DNA of 63,403 nt, filler included. It is 8 parts of 8 records of this genome, joined end to end, with 100 filler letters (N's around TTAATTAATTAA, not from the genome) between each part and the next. Parts side by side here need not be neighbours in the genome. Positions count along the whole stretch, not along the records: positions 1 to 22,814 come from SRR20825010_756; 7 more parts are not named here. The stretch is one strand, 5' to 3'. Positions within the stretch are counted from its first letter, which is position 1. Each line of letters begins with the position of its first letter. The position numbers were made by a program, and so were the translations under genes. The notes under the pieces are model-generated. The model was not told where the DNA came from. It saw only the letters and a program-made list of their open reading frames with translations, and did no database searches. Of the stretch, positions 10,481 to 20,837 are shown one piece after another.

Positions 10481-10514
10481 AAAAAAAAAGGGCATCAAAT
10501 TAATTTGACGCCCT
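10481..10514 (-). terminator. Intrinsic terminator after vWA gene
   Basis: AGGGCATCAAAT/ATTTGACGCCCT hairpin with an A9 run on + (U-tract on minus strand). Confidence 0.7.
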
Positions 10515-10545
10515 AATCCTATGACTTAAAGAAGTTTAGCCTATA

Positions 10546-11643
10546 TTATTCACAACCTCCAGTAAACCCTTTTGCGTTAAATTTAGTTTGTACCGCACCC
10601 TGTCTGTTCCCTTCCTTCACTTGAATGGCAAGGTTGTTCTCACCACTTCCATCACGCTTTGGACTACAGTATTCAAAAAGATAAAAACTATTGGCCTGTT
10701 CCGAAACCCGAAAGGAAATATCATTAAATGTTGTTTCCAATTGCTCCTTATTCCCAGCAAATACGCTAAAAGTCTTTCCAATTTTTCCCAAAACATCGGT
10801 ATCAATTTCCGCTCCCAAACCTATACTGAAGAAGGCGATGTTCTTATTGGCGTTATCCACTTTTTTCAAGGCAGCAGATTGAGTATAACGGGAGGCCTGA
10901 TCGGTACCATCTGTAAAAATAACTACTGAAGCTGCTCCTATACGGTCATTGGTTGTACTTGCTGCCAATAACTTTTCTGCCTTGTCCGTAGCTTTAATAA
11001 CCGCACCATATAAATCTGTAGAAGGATCATTGCTAATATTGGCATTAATTCCATCAATAGAAGTTAAGAGTTCCTGTTTTACGTGGGTCAACTCGTTTAG
11101 CACATGCAACTTATCTTCTCCATCAAACCAATAAATGGCCATCTTAAAGGATTCTGTATCGGATGCCGGCATAACGTTGTTCACAAAACTTGCGGAAGCA
11201 GTTTTCAGTTCTTCCATACTACTGCTTAGAACACTATTACTTAAATCCAGCACCAAAATAGTGTTGTTATTGAAAATTTGTGAATTGGGGGAGATCCTAG
11301 CAAAGGACTCCGTAGTGGAAATGGTACTGAAACATTCATCATTTCTACCTTGCTCATAAATCGTAAACTGGTTTGCCGTTAATCCGGGGACTGGATCTCC
11401 GTCTGTATCAGACACCTTAAAAAATATGGATACCTTTCCCGGTAGTGTGGTATACTGGTCCTGAATGGACAATACCAATTCGCCATCGCCTAAATTTAGA
11501 CAGTCGTCCACTGGTTTCCCAAGACCCAGATCGCCGCCGCCATTTACGCCGAATTCCACATCGTCATCCGCATTTCCACAAGATACAAATAAGGCCATAC
11601 TGAAGCAGATAGCCGCCAACTTAATATATAATTTCATTTTCAT
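10546..11643 (-). CDS. von Willebrand factor A domain lipoprotein
   Basis: Lipobox FVSC; MIDAS DLSNS, STDLYGAV, VIFTDG. Confidence 0.85.
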   Translation of the reverse strand: MKMKLYIKLAAICFSMALFVSCGNADDDVEFGVNGGGDLGLGKPVDDCLNLGDGELVLSIQDQYTTLPGKVSIFFKVSDTDGDPVPGLTANQFTIYEQGRNDECFSTISTTESFARISPNSQIFNNNTILVLDLSNSVLSSSMEELKTASASFVNNVMPASDTESFKMAIYWFDGEDKLHVLNELTHVKQELLTSIDGINANISNDPSTDLYGAVIKATDKAEKLLAASTTNDRIGAASVVIFTDGTDQASRYTQSAALKKVDNANKNIAFFSIGLGAEIDTDVLGKIGKTFSVFAGNKEQLETTFNDISFRVSEQANSFYLFEYCSPKRDGSGENNLAIQVKEGNRQGAVQTKFNAKGFTGGCE

Positions 11644-11977
11644 AATTTTTAACGTTCACCTAGCAGAACGTTCAAAACTATTTAAAATTATAATTCAATT
11701 AAAAATAGGTGTTAATATTTGTTAAAGACTTTATTCACATTTTTTATTTACTCCTTTAGAAGGTGTTCTTAGGTAAGGAAGTGACGTATTTTACATCATT
11801 AAACTTACTTAACAAACCTATGGCTTTGATCAATAAAGCTTTGGTATTCCTATGCTGCAAACCATAATGATGGCCTACTAAAAACTTAAGGGCATGAAAA
11901 CTTTGGCTCAGGTGCACGACCAATGCTAAATTTTTGTATTTTACATATCCCTTCGAAAAATAATGCTTGGGCTTGTT

Positions 11978-12688
11978 ATGAATATACACTATTGTTCAGA
12001 TTATGAAGGTATGAGCCAAATGGCTTTTGATTCCCTATTGACCAATTTAAAGACAAAACCACAGCAGTTGATATGTACGGCCACAGGTTATTCACCCACT
12101 AGGCTTTACGAGAAATTGGCAGAATCCTACCGAAGCACCCCAAAGATCTTTAAGGAAATAAAAATTATAAAACTGGATGAATGGGGTGGAACCAATGGAG
12201 ATTATCCCAATACCAGTGACTATTATATTCACGAGAAACTTTTGGAACCCTTGCAAATTTCAAAAAGCAATTATTTGTCATTCGACAGTAGCCCTACAGA
12301 TGCAAAAAAGGAATGCGATCGTATGGAAAACGAAATTCAGGAACACGGACCAATAGACATCTGTATCCTAGGTCTAGGAAAAAATGGGCATTTAGGTTTT
12401 AACGAACCTTCCAAAACCCTGTTCCCGGACTGCCATATTGCGGATCTAAGCGAGTCTTCTTTAAAACATCCTATGGCGAATAAAATGAAGACCAAACCCA
12501 CTTATGGCTTAACCTTGGGCATGGCCAACATTCTAAAATCAAAGAAAATTATTCTACTGGTCACCGGACCGAGCAAGAAAAAAGCCATAAAAAAATTGTT
12601 GAGCAGGGAAATAACCACCTTCTTACCAGCTTCCTTTTTATGGTTGCATCCCAATGTGGAATGCTTTTTGGATAAAAGTTCCCTTTAG
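11978..12688 (+). CDS. Glucosamine/galactosamine-6-phosphate isomerase (NagB/AgaI family)
   Basis: ATGYSP, LDEW, DICILGLGKNGHLGFNEP, LTLGMANIL, PASFL. Confidence 0.85.
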   Translation: MNIHYCSDYEGMSQMAFDSLLTNLKTKPQQLICTATGYSPTRLYEKLAESYRSTPKIFKEIKIIKLDEWGGTNGDYPNTSDYYIHEKLLEPLQISKSNYLSFDSSPTDAKKECDRMENEIQEHGPIDICILGLGKNGHLGFNEPSKTLFPDCHIADLSESSLKHPMANKMKTKPTYGLTLGMANILKSKKIILLVTGPSKKKAIKKLLSREITTFLPASFLWLHPNVECFLDKSSL

Positions 12689-12862
12689 ATCTAGCGGATA
12701 ATCCCTATCCCAATTTTTATTTAAGATATATTTGATGAACTTAAAAATAAATGGTTCTTATTGTGGGAATGCACCTCTTAACAATCTGTTAAAATGACAT
12801 AAGCTTTCCGTAAATTTGGTAACTTGTAGAGTATTAATTTTATCAACTTAAAAACATCAACA

Positions 12863-13324
12863 ATGCCAAAATACGAAATCAATATAAATGGAGTTTCCAA
12901 AAGTGTAGATGTTGCGGAAGACACCCCGTTATTATGGGTACTACGTGATCATTTGGATTTGGTAGGAACCAAATATGGCTGTGGTATTGCCCAGTGTGGG
13001 GCCTGCACTGTTCATTTGGACGGCAAAGCGGTAAGAAGTTGTTCTTTGCCCATTGCTTCCTTAGCGGGACAGAAAATTACCACAATTGAAGGACTTTCCG
13101 AAAATGGCGACCACCCTGTACAGCTGGCTTGGAAGGAAGTAGATGTTCCCCAATGCGGTTATTGTCAGGCCGGTCAAATAATGACAGCCTCGGCCTTCTT
13201 GGACAATAATCCAAATCCAACATCGGACCAAATTAAAACGGCCATGCACGGCAACATTTGCAGATGTGCGGCCTACACCAGAATTCATAAGGCCGTAGAG
13301 ATTGCAGCTACCAAAATAGGGTAG
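12863..13324 (+). CDS. iorA: (2Fe-2S) small subunit of isoquinoline 1-oxidoreductase-like molybdoenzyme
   Basis: GTKYGCGIAQCGACTV..C; QCGYCQ; NICRC. Confidence 0.88.
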   Translation: MPKYEININGVSKSVDVAEDTPLLWVLRDHLDLVGTKYGCGIAQCGACTVHLDGKAVRSCSLPIASLAGQKITTIEGLSENGDHPVQLAWKEVDVPQCGYCQAGQIMTASAFLDNNPNPTSDQIKTAMHGNICRCAAYTRIHKAVEIAATKIG

Positions 13325-13416
13325 TCCATTCCTATCTGGAAATTTAGGCTACCATATTCGCATACCCCTAAAAAAAATAAACCCTCGGAGTATTGAGGAA
13401 TAAAAACTAAAAAATT

Positions 13417-15645
13417 ATGTCAACATCATCAATAACTTTCAATAGACGGGCATTCATCAGGACATCCTCCCTAGCTAGCGGTGGACTGCTGATAGGCTTT
13501 AATCTTTTTACGGCCTGTAAACCCAAGGTGCAGCCCCCTGTAGACATTTCCCAGTTAAATTTTAATGACTTCAATGCCTTTATAAAAATTGCCGATAATG
13601 GTGCCGTAACCATTTTCTCGCCCAATCCTGAAATAGGACAGGGTGTTAAAACAGCCATGCCCATGTTGATCGCCGAAGAATTGGACGTGGCATGGAAGAA
13701 TGTTTATGTGCAACAGGGTATTTTGGATACCGAGAATTATACCAGACAGCTTGCCGGAGGGAGTCAGTCTATCCGACTGGGATGGGAACCTTTGCGACAA
13801 ACTGGGGCTACGGCCCGACAAATGTTGGTTAATGCCGCTGCTGCCAAATGGGGTGTAGATCCATCGGAATGCACAACCTCGGAAGGGGTAATCACCAATG
13901 CCAAAGGGGAAACTTTGGGCTATGGCGATGTGGTTAGGGAAGCAGCAGCCTTGGAAGTTCCGGAAAACGTAACACTTAAGGAACCCAAGGATTTTAAAGT
14001 TATCGGAACCGATGCACCCAATGTGGATATTGATAAAATAATTACCGGAAAACCACTTTTTGGGTTGGATTATAAGGTTGAAGGCATGGTATACGCCAGT
14101 GTGTTGCGCCCTCCCGCCTTTGGTAAAATATTGGACTCCTATGACGACACCAAGGCCAAGGCCATGCCGGGCGTTTTGGATGTAATCAGAATAGGGGAGA
14201 AGGCCAAAGAACTTTCAAAAGAAGGGATAGGCAATTGGACGGTGACCTTGGGTAAAAGTGATAAAGTGGTGGTCATTGCCAAAACTACTTGGGAAGCCCT
14301 AAAGGCAAAAGAAGCCATATCCGCTACTTGGGTAGATGACAGCAATTTGGAAAGCACTGAATTTCAGGATAAACAATTACTGGGACTTTTGGATGGAAAG
14401 GAGTTCAAGACCCTTAGAAAGGACGGGGATATAAATAAAGCATTTTCCCAGGCCGATAAAATTTTGGAGCGTACCTATGAATCACCATTCCTTCCACATA
14501 ATTGTATGGAACCCATGAATTTCTTCGCCAATATTACCGACGAAAAAATTCATTTGGTTGGGCCTGTACAGACACCCGAATTCGCTGCCACTGCGGTAGC
14601 GGGTATGTTGGGTAGGGACGTGAAAGACGTTCATTTGGAAATGACCCGTATGGGAGGTGGTTTTGGAAGGCGATTGTACGGGGATTTTGTTTATGAAGTT
14701 GCTGAAATTGCCGATGCCATAAAAAAACCGGTGAAGTTGGTATTTTCCAGAGAGGATGATATGACCGCCGGCACCTATAGACCGGCAATAAAATATAGAA
14801 TCAAAGCGTCCATAAAGGATGGTCAAGTAACCGGATATCAATTAAAAGAGGCTGCCATTGGGGGGAACATGTACGGATTAATACCCAATTTCTTCCCTGC
14901 CGGGGCCATAGAGAACTATCAAGTGGATGTGGCCAACTATCAAAGCAATATTACCACAGGGGCTTGGAGAGCTCCCTATACAAATTTCCTGGCCTTTGCC
15001 GAACAAAGCTTCTTTGACGAACTGGCAGAGACCATGGAAGTGGATCGAATCCAATTGCGACTTGATCTATTGGAAAAAGTTAAGGGAACTACGGATGAGC
15101 GTATCGAATATTCCCCAGAACGCATGCAGAATGTTATAAAAGTGGCCGTGGACAAATCTGGTTGGGGCAAAAAAGAGGAGGGCGTATTCCAAGGTTTTGC
15201 TGCCTACTATTGCCACAATTCCCATGTTGCTGAGGTAGCCGATGTTGAGATTGAAAATGGAATGCCTGTTGTAAAAAAAGTTACCTGCGTAGTAGATTGT
15301 GGAATTGTTGTTAATCCTTTGGGCGCCAAAAACCAAATAGAAGGTGGTGTTATAGATGGAGTAGGCCATGCCATGTACGGAGATTTAACCTTTCTGGATG
15401 GACAACCCCAATCGCAGAACTACGATAAATACCGATTGATCCGGATGGGGGAATTTCCAGTGGTGGAATCCCATTTGATACAAAATGACTTGGCTCCAAC
15501 GGGATTGGGCGAACCAACATTGCCTCCGGCAGGGGCAGCAGTGGCAAACGCCTTAAAAGCCGCTACGGGAAATAGATTTACCCAACAGCCCTTTTCAAAA
15601 TTCCCGGAACTAATGCAAGTCCCGACAAAAGCAATTATAGGATAA
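13417..15645 (+). CDS. iorB: Xanthine oxidase family molybdopterin subunit (IorB-like), Tat lipoprotein
   Basis: NRRAFI Tat motif, EIGQGVKT, GGGFGRRL, AWRAP, GLGEP. Confidence 0.88.
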   Translation: MSTSSITFNRRAFIRTSSLASGGLLIGFNLFTACKPKVQPPVDISQLNFNDFNAFIKIADNGAVTIFSPNPEIGQGVKTAMPMLIAEELDVAWKNVYVQQGILDTENYTRQLAGGSQSIRLGWEPLRQTGATARQMLVNAAAAKWGVDPSECTTSEGVITNAKGETLGYGDVVREAAALEVPENVTLKEPKDFKVIGTDAPNVDIDKIITGKPLFGLDYKVEGMVYASVLRPPAFGKILDSYDDTKAKAMPGVLDVIRIGEKAKELSKEGIGNWTVTLGKSDKVVVIAKTTWEALKAKEAISATWVDDSNLESTEFQDKQLLGLLDGKEFKTLRKDGDINKAFSQADKILERTYESPFLPHNCMEPMNFFANITDEKIHLVGPVQTPEFAATAVAGMLGRDVKDVHLEMTRMGGGFGRRLYGDFVYEVAEIADAIKKPVKLVFSREDDMTAGTYRPAIKYRIKASIKDGQVTGYQLKEAAIGGNMYGLIPNFFPAGAIENYQVDVANYQSNITTGAWRAPYTNFLAFAEQSFFDELAETMEVDRIQLRLDLLEKVKGTTDERIEYSPERMQNVIKVAVDKSGWGKKEEGVFQGFAAYYCHNSHVAEVADVEIENGMPVVKKVTCVVDCGIVVNPLGAKNQIEGGVIDGVGHAMYGDLTFLDGQPQSQNYDKYRLIRMGEFPVVESHLIQNDLAPTGLGEPTLPPAGAAVANALKAATGNRFTQQPFSKFPELMQVPTKAIIG

Positions 15646-15646
15646 T

Positions 15647-15901
15647 ATGACCATATTACTTTTTGGAGTAACAAAAGATATCATAGGTAGTGCTACACTG
15701 TCCATGCCCAGTTCCAGCGAGTTTGGATCCAAAAAATCCAAGACCGTTAAGGAGCTTAAGGATTACTTGGGCAAAATGTATCCTGAACTCAAAAAATTAT
15801 CCTCTTTGGCTGTCGCCGTGAACAATTCTTATGCTAATGATGACACCATAATCGATAATTTTGATGAAATTGCACTAATTCCACCAGTAAGCGGAGGATA
15901 A
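15647..15901 (+). CDS. moaD: Molybdopterin synthase sulfur carrier
   Basis: AVAVN..EIALIPPVSGG C-terminus. Confidence 0.9.
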   Translation: MTILLFGVTKDIIGSATLSMPSSSEFGSKKSKTVKELKDYLGKMYPELKKLSSLAVAVNNSYANDDTIIDNFDEIALIPPVSGG

Positions 15902-15920
15902 GTAAAAAAAAAGAGGATAA

Positions 15921-16904
15921 ATGCTGATAGACAATCACAATAGGAAAATTAATTACCTGCGCTTGGCAGTAACCGATCGCTGCAACCTGCGATGCAACTA
16001 TTGCATGCCATCGGAAGGAATAAATTTTGCGAAAAAAGACTCCCTTTTTACCATAGAGGAACTCTGTAAATTGAGTGAAATTATGGTAGGACAGGGGATA
16101 GACAAAATAAGGATTACAGGCGGGGAACCTTTTGTTAGAAAGGACTTAATGGTATTGTTGCGCAAACTTTCGTCTTTGGAAGGTTTGAACGATATTTCCA
16201 TTACCACCAATGCCACTTTGATAGGGCCCTATATTCAAGAATTAAAAACCTTGGGCATAAAAAACATCAATGTGAGTTTGGATGCCATTGATAAGGAAAC
16301 CTTTGAAAGGATCACCCGACGCAATCAATATGATACCGTATACGGTAATTTGGTAAAATTGATAACTGAAGGTTTCAATGTTCGTATCAATTTTATAGCC
16401 CTCGAGAATCAGAATACCCAAGATATAATACCCATACTCGAGGTTATGAAGCATTATCCGGTTTCTGTACGATTTTTGGAGGAAATGCCATTCAACGGTG
16501 GCTCCAAGTCTTTCAACACCATAACCTGGGATTACAAAAAAATACTGAGCCATATCCAATCGGAATATTCTGAAATAACAAAACTGGAATCGCCCAAGAC
16601 CTCTACCTCCATAAATTATAAGATTAAAGGTCACAAAGGAACTTTTGGACTTATTCCCTCCTTTACCCGTACCTTTTGCGGAAGTTGCAATCGACTAAGG
16701 ATATCGGCCACGGGCGATGTAATCACTTGCCTGTACGGTAAACCCAGAATGAATTTAAGGGATGTGATGAGAGGGGACAATGTAGAATCCAAAATCAAAG
16801 AACATATCCTTAGAGCCATTGGCAGTAGGTCAAAAACCGGCTTTGAGGAACAGGAAAAATATGATGGAATATTTGAAAATTCAATGACCTCCATAGGAGG
16901 ATAA
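15921..16904 (+). CDS. moaA: GTP 3',8-cyclase
   Basis: YLRLAVTDRCNLRCNYCMP, TGGEP, FCGSCNRLR, C-terminal IGG. Confidence 0.95.
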   Translation: MLIDNHNRKINYLRLAVTDRCNLRCNYCMPSEGINFAKKDSLFTIEELCKLSEIMVGQGIDKIRITGGEPFVRKDLMVLLRKLSSLEGLNDISITTNATLIGPYIQELKTLGIKNINVSLDAIDKETFERITRRNQYDTVYGNLVKLITEGFNVRINFIALENQNTQDIIPILEVMKHYPVSVRFLEEMPFNGGSKSFNTITWDYKKILSHIQSEYSEITKLESPKTSTSINYKIKGHKGTFGLIPSFTRTFCGSCNRLRISATGDVITCLYGKPRMNLRDVMRGDNVESKIKEHILRAIGSRSKTGFEEQEKYDGIFENSMTSIGG

Positions 16905-16971
16905 TTCCATCTATCCGCCGAGCGGAACAAACTTGTTCCCAAGGTGGAAATTAAAAAAATAACTACAGATA

Positions 16972-17568
16972 ATGAGCTCCACTAAAATATATGGTCTAGT
17001 ACTTACCGGTGGAAAAAGTACCAGAATGGGAACCGACAAGGGTTTGATAGAATACCATGGCGTAGCACAACGCGAATATCTATATCAACTTCTGCAGACG
17101 GTATGCGACAAAACTTATATGAGTATCCGAGAGGAACAGGCCCCGGAATTCTCTTCCGATCACCAACTTATTATTGATGAAGACCAATTTAAAGGTCCTT
17201 ACAACGGACTTTTAAGCGCCCACAATTTCAACCCAGAGGTGGCTTGGTTGGTATTGGCCTGCGATTTGCCCTTGATGGACGTGAATGCTCTACAACAGCT
17301 GATCGACCTGAGAAATCCGGACAAATTGGCCACTGCTTTTGCTACTAGGGAAAGTGGTTTGCCAGAACCTCTTTGTGCGATATGGGAACCTTCAGGTTTA
17401 AAAAAATCATTGGATTATCTGGAAAACGGGCCGGGTACATGTCCACGGAAATTCTTGATCAATGAGGATATTAAATTGGTATTTCCCGAGAACGAAGAAG
17501 TATTGTGGAATGCCAACTTTAAGGAAGATTATGAAAAGGTATTGCTAAAGTTATCGCCCAATCAATAA
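16972..17568 (+). CDS. mobA: Molybdenum cofactor guanylyltransferase-like NTP transferase
   Basis: LTGGKSTRMGTDK, GPYNGL, LACDLP, EPLCAIW. Confidence 0.85.
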   Translation: MSSTKIYGLVLTGGKSTRMGTDKGLIEYHGVAQREYLYQLLQTVCDKTYMSIREEQAPEFSSDHQLIIDEDQFKGPYNGLLSAHNFNPEVAWLVLACDLPLMDVNALQQLIDLRNPDKLATAFATRESGLPEPLCAIWEPSGLKKSLDYLENGPGTCPRKFLINEDIKLVFPENEEVLWNANFKEDYEKVLLKLSPNQ

Positions 17569-17615
17569 TGGCTGATGGGTTGTAGAAGGAATAAAATTAT
17601 GATAGTTATTTGCAG

Positions 17616-18692
17616 ATGGACTTCAATAGATATCAAAGACAGACCGTTTTAAGGGAATTTGGACCGGAAGCCCAACAAAAGCTGAAAGACTCCAGTGTCC
17701 TAGTGGTCGGTGCCGGGGGTTTGGGAATTCCAGCGCTTTTATATCTGAATGCCATGGGGGTTGGTACCTTAGGCATAGTAGAACAGGATATTGTTGAAAT
17801 TACCAACCTTCAGCGCCAGGTACTTTATACCGAAGGAGATTTAGGAAAGCCAAAAATTGAAGTGGTGCTGGAGCGATTAAAAAGACAAAATTCAAGCACA
17901 AATTTCAAGCCTTTTGACACCTTTCTTACCCGGCACAACGCCTTGGAAATTATAGCTCAATTTGATATTGTGGTAGATGGTTCCGATAATTTCCCGACTC
18001 GATATCTGATCAACGATGCCTGTGTAATCCTAAAAAAACCTTTTGTTTCTGGTGCCATTCAAGGCTTCGAGGGACAACTTAGTGTCTTTAATTATCAAGG
18101 CGGCCCTACCTATAGGTGTCTGTTTCCCAATATGCCTAGCGCGGAAGAAATTCCGAATTGTAACGAGAACGGGGTATTGGGGGTAATTCCGGGTATCATA
18201 GGAAATCTTCAGGCATTGGAAGTGGTAAAAGCAGTTAGCGGAATAGGAGATGTTCTTAATGGCAAACTATTGTTGTTCAATGGATTACATCAATCTTATC
18301 AAACCATTAATTTCAATCTACAACCTCAGAATACAGCCATAAAAAAACTTCTAAAATCCTATGGTTCAGAGGCATGTGAAATACACCAAAACATCAGCGT
18401 AGAAGAATTGGAAAAAATATTGAAAGATCAAAAGCATGTTCAAATAATCGACGTAAGAACGAAAGAAGAATTTGAAAATTTTCCATTGCCCCAAGTGAAA
18501 GCGCTTAACATTCCCTTGAACGAATTAAAGGGCCGGATAAAGGAACTGAACTCCCAAAGTCCGATATATCTCCTCTGCCAATCCGGAACGAGAAGTGATA
18601 TGGCAGTAAGAATGTTGGAAGAATTAAATCCCAAACTTGAACTTTATAATATTGTAGGGGGAGTGGATCGATTCCTTGCCCTTCAAAATTAA
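17616..18692 (+). CDS. moeB: MoeB/ThiF adenylyltransferase with C-terminal rhodanese domain
   Basis: RYQRQ, VGAGGLG, TNLQRQ, DGSDNFPTRY, NCNENG; IDVRT..LCQSGTRS. Confidence 0.9.
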   Translation: MDFNRYQRQTVLREFGPEAQQKLKDSSVLVVGAGGLGIPALLYLNAMGVGTLGIVEQDIVEITNLQRQVLYTEGDLGKPKIEVVLERLKRQNSSTNFKPFDTFLTRHNALEIIAQFDIVVDGSDNFPTRYLINDACVILKKPFVSGAIQGFEGQLSVFNYQGGPTYRCLFPNMPSAEEIPNCNENGVLGVIPGIIGNLQALEVVKAVSGIGDVLNGKLLLFNGLHQSYQTINFNLQPQNTAIKKLLKSYGSEACEIHQNISVEELEKILKDQKHVQIIDVRTKEEFENFPLPQVKALNIPLNELKGRIKELNSQSPIYLLCQSGTRSDMAVRMLEELNPKLELYNIVGGVDRFLALQN

Positions 18693-18737
18693 AGCCATTT
18701 TTTACAATTACTATAAATTTCCACAACACTAAACAAT

Positions 18738-19604
18738 ATGGCGAAGCATTATGACCTAGAGCGATTGGGGTACCAGAAAGAAGATATCCTTTTAATGATA
18801 CATGCGGATGACGCCGGACTATCATGTTCAGAAAATGCGGCTACCATAGAAGCCCTGGAAACAGGTATTGTAAATTCCTATAGTATTATGGTCCCCTGTC
18901 CTTGGTTCTGGGATATGGCCCATTTCGCCAAACAGCATCCCCAGTACGACTGTGGAATCCATTTAACATTGACCTGCGAATGGAAACAATATAAATTTGG
19001 ACCGGTGCTGCCCTATTCAGAGGTTCCAAGTTTGGTGGACAAACAGGGTTTTTTCCATGCCAAGAGAGATTTGGTAAAGAAATTTGCCAAACCCCAAGAG
19101 GTTAAAAAGGAGCTTAAGGCCCAAATTGATAGGGCATTGGCCGCTGGAATTAAACCAACCCATTTGGACTCCCATATGTACACCCTGGGCCTAACCAAGG
19201 AACTCCTAGCCGTTTACAGGGAATTGGGGAGGGAATACCAGTTACCTATTTTTTTAAGCGATCAGCTACTGAGAGAGGTAGGTAATCCTGACTCTCTACA
19301 GGAAGGGGACTACTTGGTAAATGCAGTACATATAGGCAATTATAAAGCTATGGAAAGTACAGGTTTGGATGAATTGTACACTCAACAACTAAAAAGCCTA
19401 AAAGCGGGATTCAATATGATTTTGATCCATCCAGCTTTTGACAATATGGAAATGAAACAAGTCTGTGTTGACCATCCCAATTTTGGTTCCCTATGGCGCC
19501 AAATGGATTTTGATTTTTTTACAGACCCCAATACGTCAAGCTTACTTAAGGAAAGGAACATTAAACCCATAACTTGGAGAGAAATACAGAAGATAAGCCT
19601 TTAA
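18738..19604 (+). CDS. ChbG/YdjC family deacetylase
   Basis: IHADDAG, GIHLTLT, PTHLDSHM, IHP motifs. Confidence 0.85.
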   Translation: MAKHYDLERLGYQKEDILLMIHADDAGLSCSENAATIEALETGIVNSYSIMVPCPWFWDMAHFAKQHPQYDCGIHLTLTCEWKQYKFGPVLPYSEVPSLVDKQGFFHAKRDLVKKFAKPQEVKKELKAQIDRALAAGIKPTHLDSHMYTLGLTKELLAVYRELGREYQLPIFLSDQLLREVGNPDSLQEGDYLVNAVHIGNYKAMESTGLDELYTQQLKSLKAGFNMILIHPAFDNMEMKQVCVDHPNFGSLWRQMDFDFFTDPNTSSLLKERNIKPITWREIQKISL

Positions 19605-19635
19605 CAAATCTCCTTTTAATTGTAACTTGTGTTCC

Positions 19636-20835
19636 ATGATTTCCTTTAAAGACGCTTATAAAAAAGTTTTGGCCCTCTATCAGGACTTTGGCCTTGAACA
19701 GATTCCCCTGGAAACTGCTATGGGCAGAGTACTTGCCGAAGATATTGTAGCCGATAGAAATTTCCCTCCTTTTAATAGGGCCACCAAAGACGGTATTGCT
19801 ATAAATTACGATGCCATTGAAAACGGCCTAACCTCTTTTAAAATAGAAGGGGTATTGGCCGCCGGCATGCCATCCCAACAATTAAAGGATACTTCCAATT
19901 GTATTGAAATAATGACCGGGGCGGTGGTTCCCAACAATGCGGACACAGTGGTAATGTACGAACATCTCATTATTGAAAACGGGGCGGCCACCCTTACCAA
20001 AAACCCAAACAGGGGACAGGACATTCACTTGGACGGAAGTGATCAGAAAAAAGGGGATCTGGTTTTGAAAAAACACTGCATTTTATCAGCCTCCGAAATT
20101 GGGGTCTTGGCAGCTGTAGGCAAAGCATCCATCAAGGTGCGTAAACTACCCACAGTAGCCATTGTTTCTACTGGCAACGAATTGGTAGAAGTAGAAGAGA
20201 CGCCCTTGCCCCACCAAATACGCAAATCCAACATCCATACCCTTTACGCTGCCCTGTCAGAAGAGGGTATTGTCCCGACCAAGCTTCATCTGCCAGATGA
20301 AAAAGCCAGTATAAAAAAAGCACTTGACAATACTCTAAAGGAGCATAACGCCGTCCTTTTAAGCGGCGGGGTTTCCAAAGGCAAGTTCGACTTCCTTCCA
20401 CAAGTACTGGAAGAATTGGGCGTAGAAAAGATATTTCACGGGGTATACCAACGCCCGGGAAAACCGTTTTGGTTCGGAATCCAGCGAGAAACAAAAACAG
20501 TGGTTTTTTCCTTTCCCGGTAACCCGGTATCCACCTTTGCAAACTATAATGTCTACTTTAAGGATTGGCTAAGACGCTCCTTGGGCCTTCCCCTACCAAA
20601 AATTGATGTAATTTTAAAGGAGGCCGTTGCCGTAAAGGGAGATTTAACTCTGTTATTAAGGGTAAAAATAATGTTTAATCGAGGGCATTTGGTAGCAACC
20701 TTGGTAAAAGAGAATGGATCTGGTGACCTGTGCAGCTTGGTGAATACAGATGGATTTATAGTGCTCGAACCAAAAATTGATGCGTATGAAGTAGGGGAGT
20801 TGGTCCCCTTTGTCCCTACCAGAGATTTATTATAA
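19636..20835 (+). CDS. moeA: Molybdopterin molybdotransferase
   Basis: PPFNRATKDG, IMTGA, STGNEL, SGGVSKGKFD, RPGKP, PGNPVS. Confidence 0.92.
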   Translation: MISFKDAYKKVLALYQDFGLEQIPLETAMGRVLAEDIVADRNFPPFNRATKDGIAINYDAIENGLTSFKIEGVLAAGMPSQQLKDTSNCIEIMTGAVVPNNADTVVMYEHLIIENGAATLTKNPNRGQDIHLDGSDQKKGDLVLKKHCILSASEIGVLAAVGKASIKVRKLPTVAIVSTGNELVEVEETPLPHQIRKSNIHTLYAALSEEGIVPTKLHLPDEKASIKKALDNTLKEHNAVLLSGGVSKGKFDFLPQVLEELGVEKIFHGVYQRPGKPFWFGIQRETKTVVFSFPGNPVSTFANYNVYFKDWLRRSLGLPLPKIDVILKEAVAVKGDLTLLLRVKIMFNRGHLVATLVKENGSGDLCSLVNTDGFIVLEPKIDAYEVGELVPFVPTRDLL

Positions 20836-20837
20836 TT

